A stretch of 64,000 nucleotides of DNA, from assembly GCA_963696215.1 (NCBI GenBank), contig CAVOJF010000001.1:262876-326875 (forward strand), in the 5' to 3' direction. Source of the stretch: an uncultured Actinomycetota bacterium (lineage in GTDB: Bacteria; Actinomycetota; Actinomycetes; Streptosporangiales; Streptosporangiaceae). The position numbers and the translations under genes were made by a program. The notes beneath the pieces are model-generated. The model did not search any database. It had not been told where the DNA came from and was given only the letters and a program-made list of their open reading frames with translations. Of the stretch, positions 27,237-37,324 are shown piece after piece (position 1 is the stretch's first letter; each line of letters begins with the position of its first letter).

Positions 27237-28055
27237 ATGGAGAACTTCCTGACCACGGTGATGACGAGCCATGGTTACCTGGCGTTGATCATCTTCGCGT
27301 TCGTCGAGGCGTGCTGCATCCCGATCTCATCGGAGATCACGTTCGCCTTCGCCGGGGTCATAGCCGCCACGCACCCTGACAAGTTCACGGTCGCGGCGGT
27401 GATCATCATCGGCACCCTCGCCGAGATGGGCGGCTCGCTGACGTCCTATGCCATCGGCCGGCGAGGCGGGCGGCACCTGCTCGAGCGGTACGGCAGGTGG
27501 GTGCTGATCAGCCATTCTGATCTGGACAGGGCCGAGCGGTTCTTCGCCGGGCGCGGCACCTGGGCGGTGGCCGTGGCCCGCGTCCTGCCTCTGGTGCGGT
27601 GTTTCGCTTCCTTCGGCGCAGGAGTCGTTGAGATCCCGCTGCTGCCGTTCACCCTCTTCAGCCTGATCGGCACGACGATCTGGGCCACGGCGCTCACGCT
27701 CCTCGGCTACAACCTCGGCTCGACCGTCGACAAGTTCTTCAAGTCGTTCTCCGTCATCGGCATCATCCTGCTCGTCGTGCTGCTGGGCGGCCTGATCCTG
27801 CACCGCGTGCACGCGATCAGGAAGGAATCGCACCGCGGCACCGGATCCTCCGGCGGTGCGGGCACCGGAGGCGGGGCGGGCACCGGAGGCGGCGCCGGAC
27901 ACCAGGGCGGATCACGACACGCGGCCGGCCAGGACGCCGACGCCGGGTCCGTCGCGGCCGAGCCCGCAACCCAATCGACCGCATCGCGCTCGCCGAGGAC
28001 CGGCCCAGGCGATGGCACCGGCACCGGCAGGACCGGCGGCGCGCACCGCCGATGA
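27237..28055 (+). CDS. DedA family membrane protein with a Gly-rich low-complexity tail
   Basis: HGYLALIIFAFVEACCIPISSEITFAFAG...GRRGGRHLLERYGRWVLISHSDLDRAERFFAGRGTWAVAVARVLPLVR fits the DedA/SNARE-associated pattern. The tail is GSSGGAGTGGGAGTGGGAGHQGG. Confidence 0.85.
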   Translation: MENFLTTVMTSHGYLALIIFAFVEACCIPISSEITFAFAGVIAATHPDKFTVAAVIIIGTLAEMGGSLTSYAIGRRGGRHLLERYGRWVLISHSDLDRAERFFAGRGTWAVAVARVLPLVRCFASFGAGVVEIPLLPFTLFSLIGTTIWATALTLLGYNLGSTVDKFFKSFSVIGIILLVVLLGGLILHRVHAIRKESHRGTGSSGGAGTGGGAGTGGGAGHQGGSRHAAGQDADAGSVAAEPATQSTASRSPRTGPGDGTGTGRTGGAHRR

Positions 28056-28070
28056 TCGCGGCGTGCCTGC

Positions 28071-29324
28071 CTAGTCGGTCAGCGACTGGTAGGCAAGCTG
28101 GCGTAGCTGCGACCTGATCGGGTGGGCGCTCGACGGCAGCAACTGGGTGAAGAACGAGACCGTGAGCCCGGTCCGCGGATCGACGAAGAACGCCGTGCTC
28201 GCCGCCCCGCCCCAGGAGAACTCGCCCTCGTTGCTCAGCGTCTTGCCTGACGCCGCGTCGAGCACGACCGCGAAGCCGAGCCCGAAACCGATCCCGCGGA
28301 ACGGCGCCTCGGCGAAGAGCGGCCTGCCGTACGCCTCGAGGTCGGCGCCGCCAGGCAGGTGGTTGCGGGTCATGTAGGCGACGGTGCGCGGGCTGAGCAG
28401 GCTGACGCCGTCTAGCTGGCCAGCCGGGCTGCCGGGGCTAGCGAGCAGCATCGAGCTGAACCGGTGGTAGTCGGCCGCCGTGCTCAGCAGGCCGCCGCCA
28501 CCGCCGAGGAACACCGGGGTGCGCTTCGCGACGGCACCGAGAGCGTCCATCCTCGTCGCCTTGCGACCGTGCCCGACCGTGTACAGCGCGGCGAGCCGAC
28601 CGCGGTCGGATTCGGGGAGCCAGAAGCCGGTCTGCGTCATGCCGAGCGGCCCGAAGATGCGGCTGGCGAAGAACTCGTCGAGCCCGCACCCCGAGGCGAC
28701 CTCCACCACCCTGCCTAGCACGTCGGTGGCGACCGAGTAGTTCCACTCGGCGCCCGGCTGGAACAGCAGCGGCAGCCGGGCCCAGATGTCGCAGCAGGCC
28801 GCGAGATCGGACTCACGCGGCGTACCCCACTCGAAGCCGGCGCCCCGGTACAGCGCGTCGACCGGGTGCGAGCGGTGAAAGCCGTATGTCAGCCCGGCGG
28901 TGTGGGTCAGCAGGTGCCAGATCCTGACCGGCTCGGTCGCGGGGACCGTCACCTGGCGGATGTCGGAGCCGCCCGTGTAGACCCGCAGGTCGGCGAAGGA
29001 CGGGATGAACTTGCTGACCGGATCGGTCAGCTCGAACGCGCCCTCCTCGTAGAGAAGCATCGCGGCGACGGAGGTGATCGGCTTTGTCATGGAGTAGATC
29101 CGCCAGATCGTGTCCGTCTCTACCGGGAGCCCGGCCTCGACGTCTCGCTGCCCGTAAGTCGAGACATAGGCGAGCCTGCCGTGCCGGCTCACGGTGATCA
29201 GCCAGCCAGGCAGCCTGCCGTCATCGACGTACCGGCTGAAGTGCTTGTCAAGGCGGGCAAGCCGGCCCGCGTCGAGGCCGACCTCGGCCGGTTCTACTTC
29301 AGGAGTCAGTGCGCTGGTGGCCAT
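28071..29324 (-). CDS. Serine hydrolase (beta-lactamase / esterase family)
   Basis: The S-x-x-K motif appears in IYSMTKPITSVAAMLL, and the 417-aa length is typical. Confidence 0.85.
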   Translation of the reverse strand: MATSALTPEVEPAEVGLDAGRLARLDKHFSRYVDDGRLPGWLITVSRHGRLAYVSTYGQRDVEAGLPVETDTIWRIYSMTKPITSVAAMLLYEEGAFELTDPVSKFIPSFADLRVYTGGSDIRQVTVPATEPVRIWHLLTHTAGLTYGFHRSHPVDALYRGAGFEWGTPRESDLAACCDIWARLPLLFQPGAEWNYSVATDVLGRVVEVASGCGLDEFFASRIFGPLGMTQTGFWLPESDRGRLAALYTVGHGRKATRMDALGAVAKRTPVFLGGGGGLLSTAADYHRFSSMLLASPGSPAGQLDGVSLLSPRTVAYMTRNHLPGGADLEAYGRPLFAEAPFRGIGFGLGFAVVLDAASGKTLSNEGEFSWGGAASTAFFVDPRTGLTVSFFTQLLPSSAHPIRSQLRQLAYQSLTD

Positions 29325-30136
29325 TCGGTCTCGCTCTCATGCCGGAATCTCCGCCATGTCTCATATAGCAATATTCCGGTCGCTACGGCAAGGTTCAGCG
29401 ACTCGGCGGTGCCGGTCATGGGGATCCGCAGGCGGAGGTCGCCGGCCTCGAGCAGGCGCTCAGGCAGCCCAGGGCCCTCACTGCCAAGCAGAACGGCGAC
29501 GGGCCGCGGGATCTCCGCCTCCCAGAGCGTCCCGGCGCCGGCCGCCGAGGTGACAGCGATCGCGACCCCATGCGTTCGGCACCAGGCCAGGAAAGCCTCA
29601 TCAGACGGCTCTGCCGCGACCGGCACGCTGAACAGCGCGCCCATCGAGGCCTTGACAGCGGCCGGGTCGAACGGATCGGTGCCCTGACCCAGCAGGATCA
29701 CGCCAGCGGCACCGGCCGCGTCGGCGGTCCTGATGATGGTGCCGAGGTTGCCCGGATTGGCGACCTCGTGCAGCGCGACGAACACCGAGTCGGGACGCAC
29801 AGGCAGGTCGCTCAGTCCCCTGGTTCGGCCCCTGAGGATGGCGGCGAGCCCGGTCGGGCCGTCCCGGTCGGCGATCCTGGCGAACAGCGTCCCTGACAGG
29901 CGCGCCACCTTGAGCCCGCGCTGTTCCTGCTCCGCCACCATCGCCGAGGCTGGCCCGCGCAGCAGGTCGGGCGCGACGATCAGGAGCTCGACGTCCGCCC
30001 CGGCTTCGACCGCCTGCCAGACCGGCTGCGCGCCCATCACGACGAACGCGCCCTCGCGGCGCCTGTGCTTGCGGTCACCGAGCAGCCGGACGCGCTTGAT
30101 CAGCGGATTCGCGGCGCTGGTGATCAGTTCCGTCAT
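29306..30136 (-). CDS. TrmH/SpoU family RNA 2'-O-methyltransferase
   Basis: SpoU motifs NPGNLGTIIRTADAAGA, LLGSEGPGL and IPMTGTAESLNLAVATGILLYE are present. The 3' end overlaps the downstream gene's start by 19 nt. Confidence 0.85.
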   Translation of the reverse strand: MTELITSAANPLIKRVRLLGDRKHRRREGAFVVMGAQPVWQAVEAGADVELLIVAPDLLRGPASAMVAEQEQRGLKVARLSGTLFARIADRDGPTGLAAILRGRTRGLSDLPVRPDSVFVALHEVANPGNLGTIIRTADAAGAAGVILLGQGTDPFDPAAVKASMGALFSVPVAAEPSDEAFLAWCRTHGVAIAVTSAAGAGTLWEAEIPRPVAVLLGSEGPGLPERLLEAGDLRLRIPMTGTAESLNLAVATGILLYETWRRFRHESETEWPPAH

Positions 30137-30264
30137 CGGTCTCCCTCGGCCTGGGCCTGCCAGGCGATTGGTCGGCCTATCAGCCTGCTTCGCTCCCCTT
30201 TATAGTTAACGCCCGGCCCTCCGGCTCGCGGTCGCGAATCGCTGACGGGCGTCGAGGAGCGGCA

Positions 30265-33036
30265 ATGGGCGCGGAACGCGATCGGGTGGCCGGCTTCGGG
30301 CGGCTGGACTACGGCCTGCGCCAGGCGGGCGACTGGTACCGGTGGGGCCCGTACGTCAGCGAGCGCCAGTGGGGCACGGTCCGCGAGGACTACAGCGCCG
30401 GCGGGGACGCCTGGAACTACCTCTCACACGAGGCGGCCAGGTCCCGCGCGTACCGATGGGGCGAGGACGGGCTGGCCGGCTTCTGCGACATCCACCAGCG
30501 GCTATGCCTCGGCCTAGCGCTGTGGAACGGCGAGGATCCGATCCTCAAGGAGCGTTTGTTCGGGCTGACCAGCAGGCAGGGCAACCACGGCGAGGACGTC
30601 AAGGAGTACTGGTGGTACTCCGATGCCATCCCCAGTCACGCGTGGAACCGCTGGCGCTACCACTACCCGCAAGCCAGGTTCCCCTATGACGAGCTGATCG
30701 CCGAGAACGCGTCGCGCGACCGCTCTGAGCCCGAATTCGAGCTGCTCGACGCCGGCGTGTTCGACGACGACAGGTTCTGGATCGTCGAGGTCGACTATGC
30801 CAAGGCCGGCCCCGACGACCTGCTGATGCGGATCAGCGTGACCAACGCGGGGCCAGAGCAAGCCAGCGTGCACGTGCTGCCGACCGCGTGGTTCCGCAAC
30901 ACCTGGGCCTGGGGCGACGAGGCCGACGCCGCGGCCAGGCCGTCGCTGGCCGCGAAAAACATCATCGCGGACGCCCGGCCGGCCTGGGACGCCGTCGCCG
31001 TGCGGCACCCGTTCGTCGGCGAACTCGAACTGCTCGCAGGGTCAGGGCCCGACGGCAGCATGCCAGAACTACTTTTCTGCGATAACGAGACCAACACCGC
31101 GCTGCTGTTCGGCAGCGAGCCGATCACGGCGTTCCCGAAGGACGGGATCGGGGATCACGTCATACACGGAGCGGCGACCGTCAACCCGGCTGGAACCGGC
31201 ACCAAGTGCTCGCCCTGGTACCGGCTCACCCTTGGCGGCGGCCAGTCCGCTGAACTGCGGCTGCGGCTGCGGCCTGTGGCTACCGGCTCGATCGATCAGC
31301 GGGAAGCACTCGGTGCGGACTTCGACCGCGTGCTGGCGCTCCGGAAGGCCGAGGCCGACGAGTTCTATGCCGAGCTGACGCCGCAGGGCGCGAGCGCCGA
31401 CGAAGCGATGATCATGCGCCAGGCCTTCGCCGGGATGCTGTGGTGCAAGCAGTTGTATTACTACGACGTGGCCCGCTGGCTGGACGGCGACCCAACCCAG
31501 CCGCCACCACCGAGCGAACGGCTGACCGCGCGCAATTCGCGCTGGCGCAGCTTCGACGCGTTCGACATCATGTCGATGCCGGACAAGTGGGAGTACCCCT
31601 GGTTCGCGGCCTGGGATCTGGCCTTCCACTGCGTGGCTCTCGCGCACGTCGATCCGGCGTTCGCGAAGTACCAGCTGATCCTGCTCTGCCGTGAGTGGTT
31701 CCAGCATCCGAACGGCGCGCTGCCCGCCTACGAGTGGGACTTCGGCGACGTGAACCCGCCGGTCCAGGCGTGGGCTGCGCTCGAAGTGTTCGCCGTGGAC
31801 GGCGGCCATGACATCGACTTCCTGAGCCGGGTCTTCGACAAGCTGCTGCTGAACTTCACCTGGTGGGTCAACCGCGAGGACGCCGAGGGCAACAACCTGT
31901 TCGAGGGCGGCTTCCTTGGGCTGGACAACATCGGCCCGATCGACCGCTCGCACCTGCCGGTTGGCGGGATCCTCGAGCAGTCAGACGCCACCGGCTGGAT
32001 GGGCTTTTACGCGATGGCGATGGCCTCGATGGCTCTGGTTTTGCACAAGTCGGGCCAGCGGCCAGGAACCGATCTGATGATGAAGTTCCTCGAGCACTTC
32101 GCCGCGATCAGGGACGCGCTCGACAGCCTCGGGCTGTGGGACGAGACCGACGGAATGTACTACGACAGGCTGATCACCCCGGATGGCGAGGCGGTGCCCA
32201 TCAAGGTGCGCTCGGTGGCCGGCATGATCCCGGCGCTCGCGCTCGGCGTCGTCGACCAGGGTTCGCTGGAACGGTCGATGGCTGTCGGCAAGCGGTTCGC
32301 CGGCTTCCTGGCCGGCCTGGACGACCAGGACGCGCTCGGCCAATCCGGCACCGGTCAGCAGGTCGCCGCGGGATCACTCGGCCTGCTGCGCGGCGAGCCA
32401 GGGCACCAGCGCCTGCTGCTCAGCCTCGCCGGGCCGGACAAGCTGGCCAGGCTGCTCACGCGCCTGTTCGACGAGAATGAGTTCCTGTCTCCGCACGGTC
32501 TGCGCGCACTGTCGGCCTGGCACCGCGAGCATCCTTACACCATCGACGTAGAGGGTTACCAAGCTTCGATCGACTATGAGCCGGCCGAGTCGACGACGCC
32601 GCTGTTCGGCGGCAACTCCAACTGGCGCGGACCGATCTGGTTCCCCGTCAACTACCTGGTGATCAGCGCGCTCGAGCGTTATCACACATTTTTCGGCGCC
32701 GACGTCACGATCGAATACCCGACCGGCTCCGGCCGCAGGCTGACCCTGGACAAGATCGCGGCCGACCTGAGCGATCGGCTCATCGCGATCTTCGCCCGCG
32801 ACGCGCAGGGCCGACGGCCGTGCTTCGGCGGCACCGAGCCACTCCAGTCCGATCCCGCCTGGCGGGACAACCTGCTCTTCAGCGAGTACTTCCACGGCGA
32901 CGACGGCGCCGGGCTCGGAGCCTCGCATCAGACCGGATGGACCGGGTTGATCGCCGATCTGATCCGCCGTAAATATGGCGCGGTTCCCAGCACAGGCAAT
33001 GTCATTGCCGAAATTGCGAGTCACTCGGCTGATTGA
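30265..33036 (+). CDS. GH63-like / MGH1-like glucosidase
   Basis: 923 aa. The N-terminus [52 protein letters not shown] and the (alpha/alpha)6-type C-terminal half are typical of bacterial proteins annotated as glucosidase / mannosylglycerate hydrolase-like. Confidence 0.85.
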   Translation: MGAERDRVAGFGRLDYGLRQAGDWYRWGPYVSERQWGTVREDYSAGGDAWNYLSHEAARSRAYRWGEDGLAGFCDIHQRLCLGLALWNGEDPILKERLFGLTSRQGNHGEDVKEYWWYSDAIPSHAWNRWRYHYPQARFPYDELIAENASRDRSEPEFELLDAGVFDDDRFWIVEVDYAKAGPDDLLMRISVTNAGPEQASVHVLPTAWFRNTWAWGDEADAAARPSLAAKNIIADARPAWDAVAVRHPFVGELELLAGSGPDGSMPELLFCDNETNTALLFGSEPITAFPKDGIGDHVIHGAATVNPAGTGTKCSPWYRLTLGGGQSAELRLRLRPVATGSIDQREALGADFDRVLALRKAEADEFYAELTPQGASADEAMIMRQAFAGMLWCKQLYYYDVARWLDGDPTQPPPPSERLTARNSRWRSFDAFDIMSMPDKWEYPWFAAWDLAFHCVALAHVDPAFAKYQLILLCREWFQHPNGALPAYEWDFGDVNPPVQAWAALEVFAVDGGHDIDFLSRVFDKLLLNFTWWVNREDAEGNNLFEGGFLGLDNIGPIDRSHLPVGGILEQSDATGWMGFYAMAMASMALVLHKSGQRPGTDLMMKFLEHFAAIRDALDSLGLWDETDGMYYDRLITPDGEAVPIKVRSVAGMIPALALGVVDQGSLERSMAVGKRFAGFLAGLDDQDALGQSGTGQQVAAGSLGLLRGEPGHQRLLLSLAGPDKLARLLTRLFDENEFLSPHGLRALSAWHREHPYTIDVEGYQASIDYEPAESTTPLFGGNSNWRGPIWFPVNYLVISALERYHTFFGADVTIEYPTGSGRRLTLDKIAADLSDRLIAIFARDAQGRRPCFGGTEPLQSDPAWRDNLLFSEYFHGDDGAGLGASHQTGWTGLIADLIRRKYGAVPSTGNVIAEIASHSAD

Positions 33037-33151
33037 CCTTGAATCGCTGTGACAATCCTCGCCGGGCCGTATGGTTCGTACTGAACCGCGTGCTGGCTGG
33101 TCGGGCGACTCCCGGAACCCCCGCTACGCGGTTGTTCGCGAGGAGAATTGC

Positions 33152-33184
33152 ATGCTGACGAGCCACACGGCAGGCGGCCGGTGA
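33152..33184 (+). CDS. Candidate upstream mini-ORF 1 (10 codons, MLTSHTAGGR)
   Basis: GAGGAG at 33140-33145 lies 6 nt before ATG 33152. Its TGA overlaps the GTG of the next small ORF (GTGA). Confidence 0.3.
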   Translation: MLTSHTAGGR

Positions 33185-33279
33185 GCGTCGACGGCCGGGT
33201 CCTGGCCGACGACGCGGCCGGAGTGGCCAGCCAGGGGGACTACCCCCAGGAACGCCCCGCGGTTCCGGCGGCCAGGTGA
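33181..33279 (+). CDS. Candidate upstream ORF 2 (32 codons, MSVDGRVLADDAAGVASQGDYPQERPAVPAAR)
   Basis: GTG 33181 overlaps the uORF1 stop, and its own TGA (33277-33279) overlaps GTG 33276 of the STAND gene. 29 of 32 third-codon positions are G or C. Confidence 0.3.
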   Translation: MSVDGRVLADDAAGVASQGDYPQERPAVPAAR

Positions 33280-35510
33280 CATGGCCGGTCAGGTCGGGCA
33301 TGCTGCCCCCGCTGACCGAAGGTTTCGTCGCCAGGCCCGAGTCAGCGCCCGGCCTCAGCCAGGTGCTGACGCCTGGCGCGGCGGTGGCGCTGACGCCGGC
33401 CAGGTCGGCGCGGGCTGCCGTGCCACCGGGGGCTCCCGACTGGGCCGGCTCGGTCGGCAAGACACAGCTCGCCGTCTACTTTGCCGAGACGCTATGGCAG
33501 TCGCGCGAGATCGACCTGCTCGTCTGGGTAAACGCGGCGAGCAGGGTGTCGATCCTCGCCGCGTATTCCGCCGCGGCGGCGAAGGCGCTCGGCGTCGACC
33601 CGGCCGGCGACTCAGAGGCGGTGGCCGCCCGCTTCGTCAGCTGGCTGGGCGAGACCAGCCGAAGCTGGCTCGTCGTGCTCGATGACCTGTCCGCGGCTCA
33701 GGACGTGGAGGGCCTCTGGCCAGCGGGCCCGGCCGGCCGGACGCTGGTGACGACCTCCGAGTCGACGGCGGCGCTTGACCAGGATCACCTGCTCACGTTC
33801 CCGGTTCCCGTGCTCAGCCGCAGGGAGGCACTGAGCTATCTGCTCGGCCGGCTCACCGAGGACCGGGGCCAGCGCACCGGGGCGATCGACCTGGTGGACA
33901 TCCTCGGCGGCGAGCCGCTGGCACTGGGCCAGGCCAGCGCCGTGCTAGACAGCTCGGTCCTGTCCTGCCGGGACTACCTTGACCAGTACGCGCGCAAGCG
34001 AGAGCAACTCGCCCCGGCCTTCCCCGGCCGACCGGCGGCCAGCGCGATCACCTGGACGCTTTGCGTCGAGCACGCTGCCAGGCTGCTGCCGAAGGGGCCG
34101 GTCCAGCCGATGCTGATCCTGGCCGCGGCCCTGGATGGTCACTCGATTCCCGGCACGATCTTCACTACGGCCGCCGCCAGGGATTTCGCCGGCGGAGCCG
34201 CGGCCGGCCTGACCAAGCCCGAGGAAGCGTGGGCCTGCGTCACCAGTCTCGCCAGGGCCGGCCTGCTGACGGTAGAGACGATTAGCGCCGGCTCGGCGGG
34301 ATCTGCGGGATCTGCGGGGTCGTCCCCGGACGCTGGCACTGCGAGTGCTGGCGCGTCGTCGGCTCGCGTGACACCGCCGGTGGTCAGGATGCACCCGGCG
34401 CTGCAGGCGGCAGTCCGCTCGGCGTCCTCGCGCGACATGCTGGAGCGCGCCGCCCTTGGCGCGGCCGATGCGCTGCTCGAGGCCTGGCCAGCCGACGATA
34501 CGGATTCTTGGCTCGCCGACAGCCTGCGTTCGTGCACGGCGAGCATCATGCGCCTGGCGGGCGACCGGCTCTGGAGCGGCAACGGCTACCGGATCCTGTT
34601 CCGCACGGGGCAGAGCCTGGAGGACGCGCACCTGACCATGCTCGCGGCGGCGCACTGGAACCACGTCGCGGCCGCGAGCGACCGATTCCTCGGCGCCGAG
34701 CACGCCGACGCCCTTGCGGCCAGCGACCATCTGGCCGCGTCGTTCCTCGCGGCCGGCCGCGGCATCGAGGCGCTGCCGTGGTTCCGCCGGGTGCAGTCGA
34801 ACCGGGTCAGCCTGCTCGGCCCTGACCACCCGGCGACGACCGGGTTCGAGATGCGAATGGGCCGGGCCCTGCTCGCGGCCGGCGGCGCCGAGGAGGCGAT
34901 CGGCCTGTTCGAGCGGGTGGCGGCAGACCGGAGCAAGCTGCTGGGCGCCGCGCACCCTGACACGCTCGACGCGCGCGACGCGCTTGCCGACGCCTACTGC
35001 GCAGCAGGACGGGTGCGCGAGGGCATCAGGCAGTACCAGCGCAACCTGGCAGAGCGCGAGAAGGCCCAGGGCAAGACCCACGCGGCGACGCTCGCCACCT
35101 GCCAGAAGCTCGCCGACGCCTACCTGGGCGCTGACCAGCTGAAGGAGTCCTTGTCCGCTTACAAGCGGGTCGCGTCAGGACGAGAGCGCACGCTCGGCGG
35201 CGACCACCCCGACACCATCGCAGCCCGCAGCCGCCTCGCCGCGGCCTACCAGTCGGCAGGGCGGATGGCCATCTCAGTTCAGCTGCACGAACAGGCCAGA
35301 GCGGACTCCGAGCGGGTCCTGGGGGTCGACCACGTCGACACCCTCGCCAGGCGGATGCACCTCGCCCACGCCTACTACGCGGTCGGGCGGATCGGCGACG
35401 CGACGAGCCTGCTGCGCGACACCGCTGGCCGGTGTGACCGAGTCCTGTCACCCGGTGATCCGCTGACGCAGGCGGTCAGGGACAGCCTGGCCAACATCGC
35501 CGGCGGCTGA
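33276..35510 (+). CDS. STAND NTPase: NB-ARC-like domain plus C-terminal TPR repeats, with no N-terminal effector or DNA-binding domain
   Basis: P-loop-like WAGSVGKTQLA, Walker B WLVVLDDL, the GLPL-like motif GGEPLALGQA, then at least five TPR_10/12-type repeats (LGPDHPATT..., LGAAHPDTLDARDALADAY..., LGGDHPDTIAARSRLAAAY..., LGVDHVDTLARRMHLAHAY...). Confidence 0.85.
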   Translation: MTWPVRSGMLPPLTEGFVARPESAPGLSQVLTPGAAVALTPARSARAAVPPGAPDWAGSVGKTQLAVYFAETLWQSREIDLLVWVNAASRVSILAAYSAAAAKALGVDPAGDSEAVAARFVSWLGETSRSWLVVLDDLSAAQDVEGLWPAGPAGRTLVTTSESTAALDQDHLLTFPVPVLSRREALSYLLGRLTEDRGQRTGAIDLVDILGGEPLALGQASAVLDSSVLSCRDYLDQYARKREQLAPAFPGRPAASAITWTLCVEHAARLLPKGPVQPMLILAAALDGHSIPGTIFTTAAARDFAGGAAAGLTKPEEAWACVTSLARAGLLTVETISAGSAGSAGSAGSSPDAGTASAGASSARVTPPVVRMHPALQAAVRSASSRDMLERAALGAADALLEAWPADDTDSWLADSLRSCTASIMRLAGDRLWSGNGYRILFRTGQSLEDAHLTMLAAAHWNHVAAASDRFLGAEHADALAASDHLAASFLAAGRGIEALPWFRRVQSNRVSLLGPDHPATTGFEMRMGRALLAAGGAEEAIGLFERVAADRSKLLGAAHPDTLDARDALADAYCAAGRVREGIRQYQRNLAEREKAQGKTHAATLATCQKLADAYLGADQLKESLSAYKRVASGRERTLGGDHPDTIAARSRLAAAYQSAGRMAISVQLHEQARADSERVLGVDHVDTLARRMHLAHAYYAVGRIGDATSLLRDTAGRCDRVLSPGDPLTQAVRDSLANIAGG

Positions 35511-35530
35511 CTTCCGGGCACTGCGCGACG

Positions 35531-35560
35531 AAGGGCCGCGCCCATCAGGGCGCGGCCCTT
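35531..35560. terminator. Bidirectional stem-loop terminator (13-bp stem, 4-nt loop) between convergent genes
   Basis: AAGGGCCGCGCCC (35531-35543) pairs with GGGCGCGGCCCTT (35548-35560). The flanking A/T residues fit use in both orientations. Confidence 0.7.
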
Positions 35561-35577
35561 TCGCCTGACCGGTGCCG

Positions 35578-37035
35578 CTAGCTTTCCTGCATGTCGCTTT
35601 CGCGCCTGATCTGGAAGAACGGCGAGCGGAACACGAACCTGGCGACGAGCATCAGCACCAAGCCGATCGCGATGATCGCGACGAGCGACCAGTTCAGCGC
35701 CGCTCCGGCGCCGAGGATCGACTTGACCAGCACCCAGCCGAGGAAGCCAGCCGCGCCCAGCGGCAGCAGACCGATCGTGATCGCGTCCCAGAAGCTGCGG
35801 AAAATCCGCCGCCGGTAGTACACCATCGCCGCCAGCGCGGTCATGATGTAGAAGATCGAGAACATGAATCCGACGACCGAGATCACGTCGTTGAACGCGT
35901 TCTGGACCGTCGTCGCGAGGAAGTACACAGCGCTGAGCACGATGATCAGCACGCCGACCATGATGCTCGCGTAGACCGGGGTGGCGTACCGACGCGACAC
36001 GTTGGACAAGAAGCCAGGCAGCGCCCGGTAGCTGGCCATGCCGTACACCAGCCGGGCTCCGAGCACGATGCCCGTGCCGGTGGTCGCGATCACGGACAGC
36101 GCGATGGCCAGCGCCATCGCCTTGGCCCAGAAGCCCCCGCCCAGCGCCTGCGCGACCGCGACCAGGACGGTGCCCTGGTTCGCCGCGTGCGCCATCTGCT
36201 TGCTGCTGAGCACTCCCTGCATGCCGACCTGTGAGAGCGTGTAGATGATGGCAAGCAGCGCGACCGCGAAGATCGCGGCCCGGCCCGGGTTCACCCGCCG
36301 GTGCTTGACTTCCTCGTTGACGTACAGGGTGCCGTCCCAGCCGCCGTACACAAACACCGCGACCAGGAAGCCGGCCACGGCGCTGCCGCCGAGCCCGTGC
36401 ACGCCATTCGGGTTCAGCCAGGCCGAACTTGGGTGCTCCGCGACCCCCACATGATGGCTGAACTCGTAGACCAGGCCGGCCACGGCGAGCCCGATCAGGA
36501 TCAGGTACTCAACCAGGGCCATGCCCACCTGCGTGCGGGCGGTGATCCTAATGCCCACGATCGCGATGATCAGCATCACAACCCCGACCACGCATCCGAT
36601 CGCGATGTACGCGCCGGTGCTGGTGGAGGTGGAGCCGAAAACGGCGAGCACCGACGGGCCGAGCAGCAGCACCTCGGCGACCGTGCCAATGATGTAGGCC
36701 GCCACCATCAGCCAGCCGGTCATGTAGCCCAGGTACGGGTTGATCGCCCGCCCGACCCACTCGAACGTGGCGCCGCAGTTGGCGTTCCACAGGTTCAGCC
36801 GACGGTACGCGTTGGCGATGATCAGCATGGGGATGGCGGTCAAGATCAGGATCGCGCCGCCCCCGTAGGCAGTAGCAACTGCCAGTCCGGCAATTGACAG
36901 GCCCACGGTGGCCGCCGGGGCCGACGACGCCATACCGATGACAGTGTCCTGGGCGACGCCGATGGCATCGGGCTCAAGTCTGGCTACCGGGGATGGCATG
37001 GTGCCCGCGACGGACGCTGCCGCCTGTTCCGACAT
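35578..37035 (-). CDS. APC superfamily amino-acid permease
   Basis: 485 aa with about 12 TM segments. The N-terminal pattern GVAQDTVIGMASSAPAATVGLSIAGLAVATAYGGGAILILTAIPMLIIANAYRRLN is typical of APC permeases. ATG 37035 is preceded by GGAGAGAGGAAAG. Confidence 0.9.
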   Translation of the reverse strand: MSEQAAASVAGTMPSPVARLEPDAIGVAQDTVIGMASSAPAATVGLSIAGLAVATAYGGGAILILTAIPMLIIANAYRRLNLWNANCGATFEWVGRAINPYLGYMTGWLMVAAYIIGTVAEVLLLGPSVLAVFGSTSTSTGAYIAIGCVVGVVMLIIAIVGIRITARTQVGMALVEYLILIGLAVAGLVYEFSHHVGVAEHPSSAWLNPNGVHGLGGSAVAGFLVAVFVYGGWDGTLYVNEEVKHRRVNPGRAAIFAVALLAIIYTLSQVGMQGVLSSKQMAHAANQGTVLVAVAQALGGGFWAKAMALAIALSVIATTGTGIVLGARLVYGMASYRALPGFLSNVSRRYATPVYASIMVGVLIIVLSAVYFLATTVQNAFNDVISVVGFMFSIFYIMTALAAMVYYRRRIFRSFWDAITIGLLPLGAAGFLGWVLVKSILGAGAALNWSLVAIIAIGLVLMLVARFVFRSPFFQIRRESDMQES

Positions 37036-37099
37036 GTGCTTTCCTCTCTCCTGTTGCCGGACCCTGACCCGCCCGGCTCCGGCGAGCCGGGAATAGCCG

Positions 37100-37260
37100 C
37101 TAGTTTGTCGAAGGAACCGAAGAAACCCACTTGAAGTTAATTGAGGGTAATGCTTCTTTTTTTAATTTTCGACAATTTCTACCGTTAATTCCCGCACTAG
37201 GCGGTACGTAAACATACCTGGGTGATCTTACTGCCATTTGTACCCGGAGTGGGCGCTTCC
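37100..37260 (-). promoter_or_regulatory. AT-rich island with inverted and direct repeats upstream of the APC permease gene
   Basis: Sequence such as ttgaagttaattgagggtaatgcttctttttttaattttcgacaatttctaccgttaatt is far below the window's G+C level. An 8-bp IR TTGTCGAA (37105-37112) / TTCGACAA (37168-37175) is present, and AATTAAC occurs twice on the gene strand. Confidence 0.4.
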
Positions 37261-37324
37261 GGCAGATAGCTAGCAACTCCGTCGGCAATCGGTGCCCGAC
37301 CAGCACCCCGCGACGATGCCAACG

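Noticed and set aside
37100-37306. A 68-aa minus-strand ORF inside the AT-rich island.
   Set aside because: Codon usage and composition are unlike any supported gene here, and it lies in what looks like a promoter or leader.
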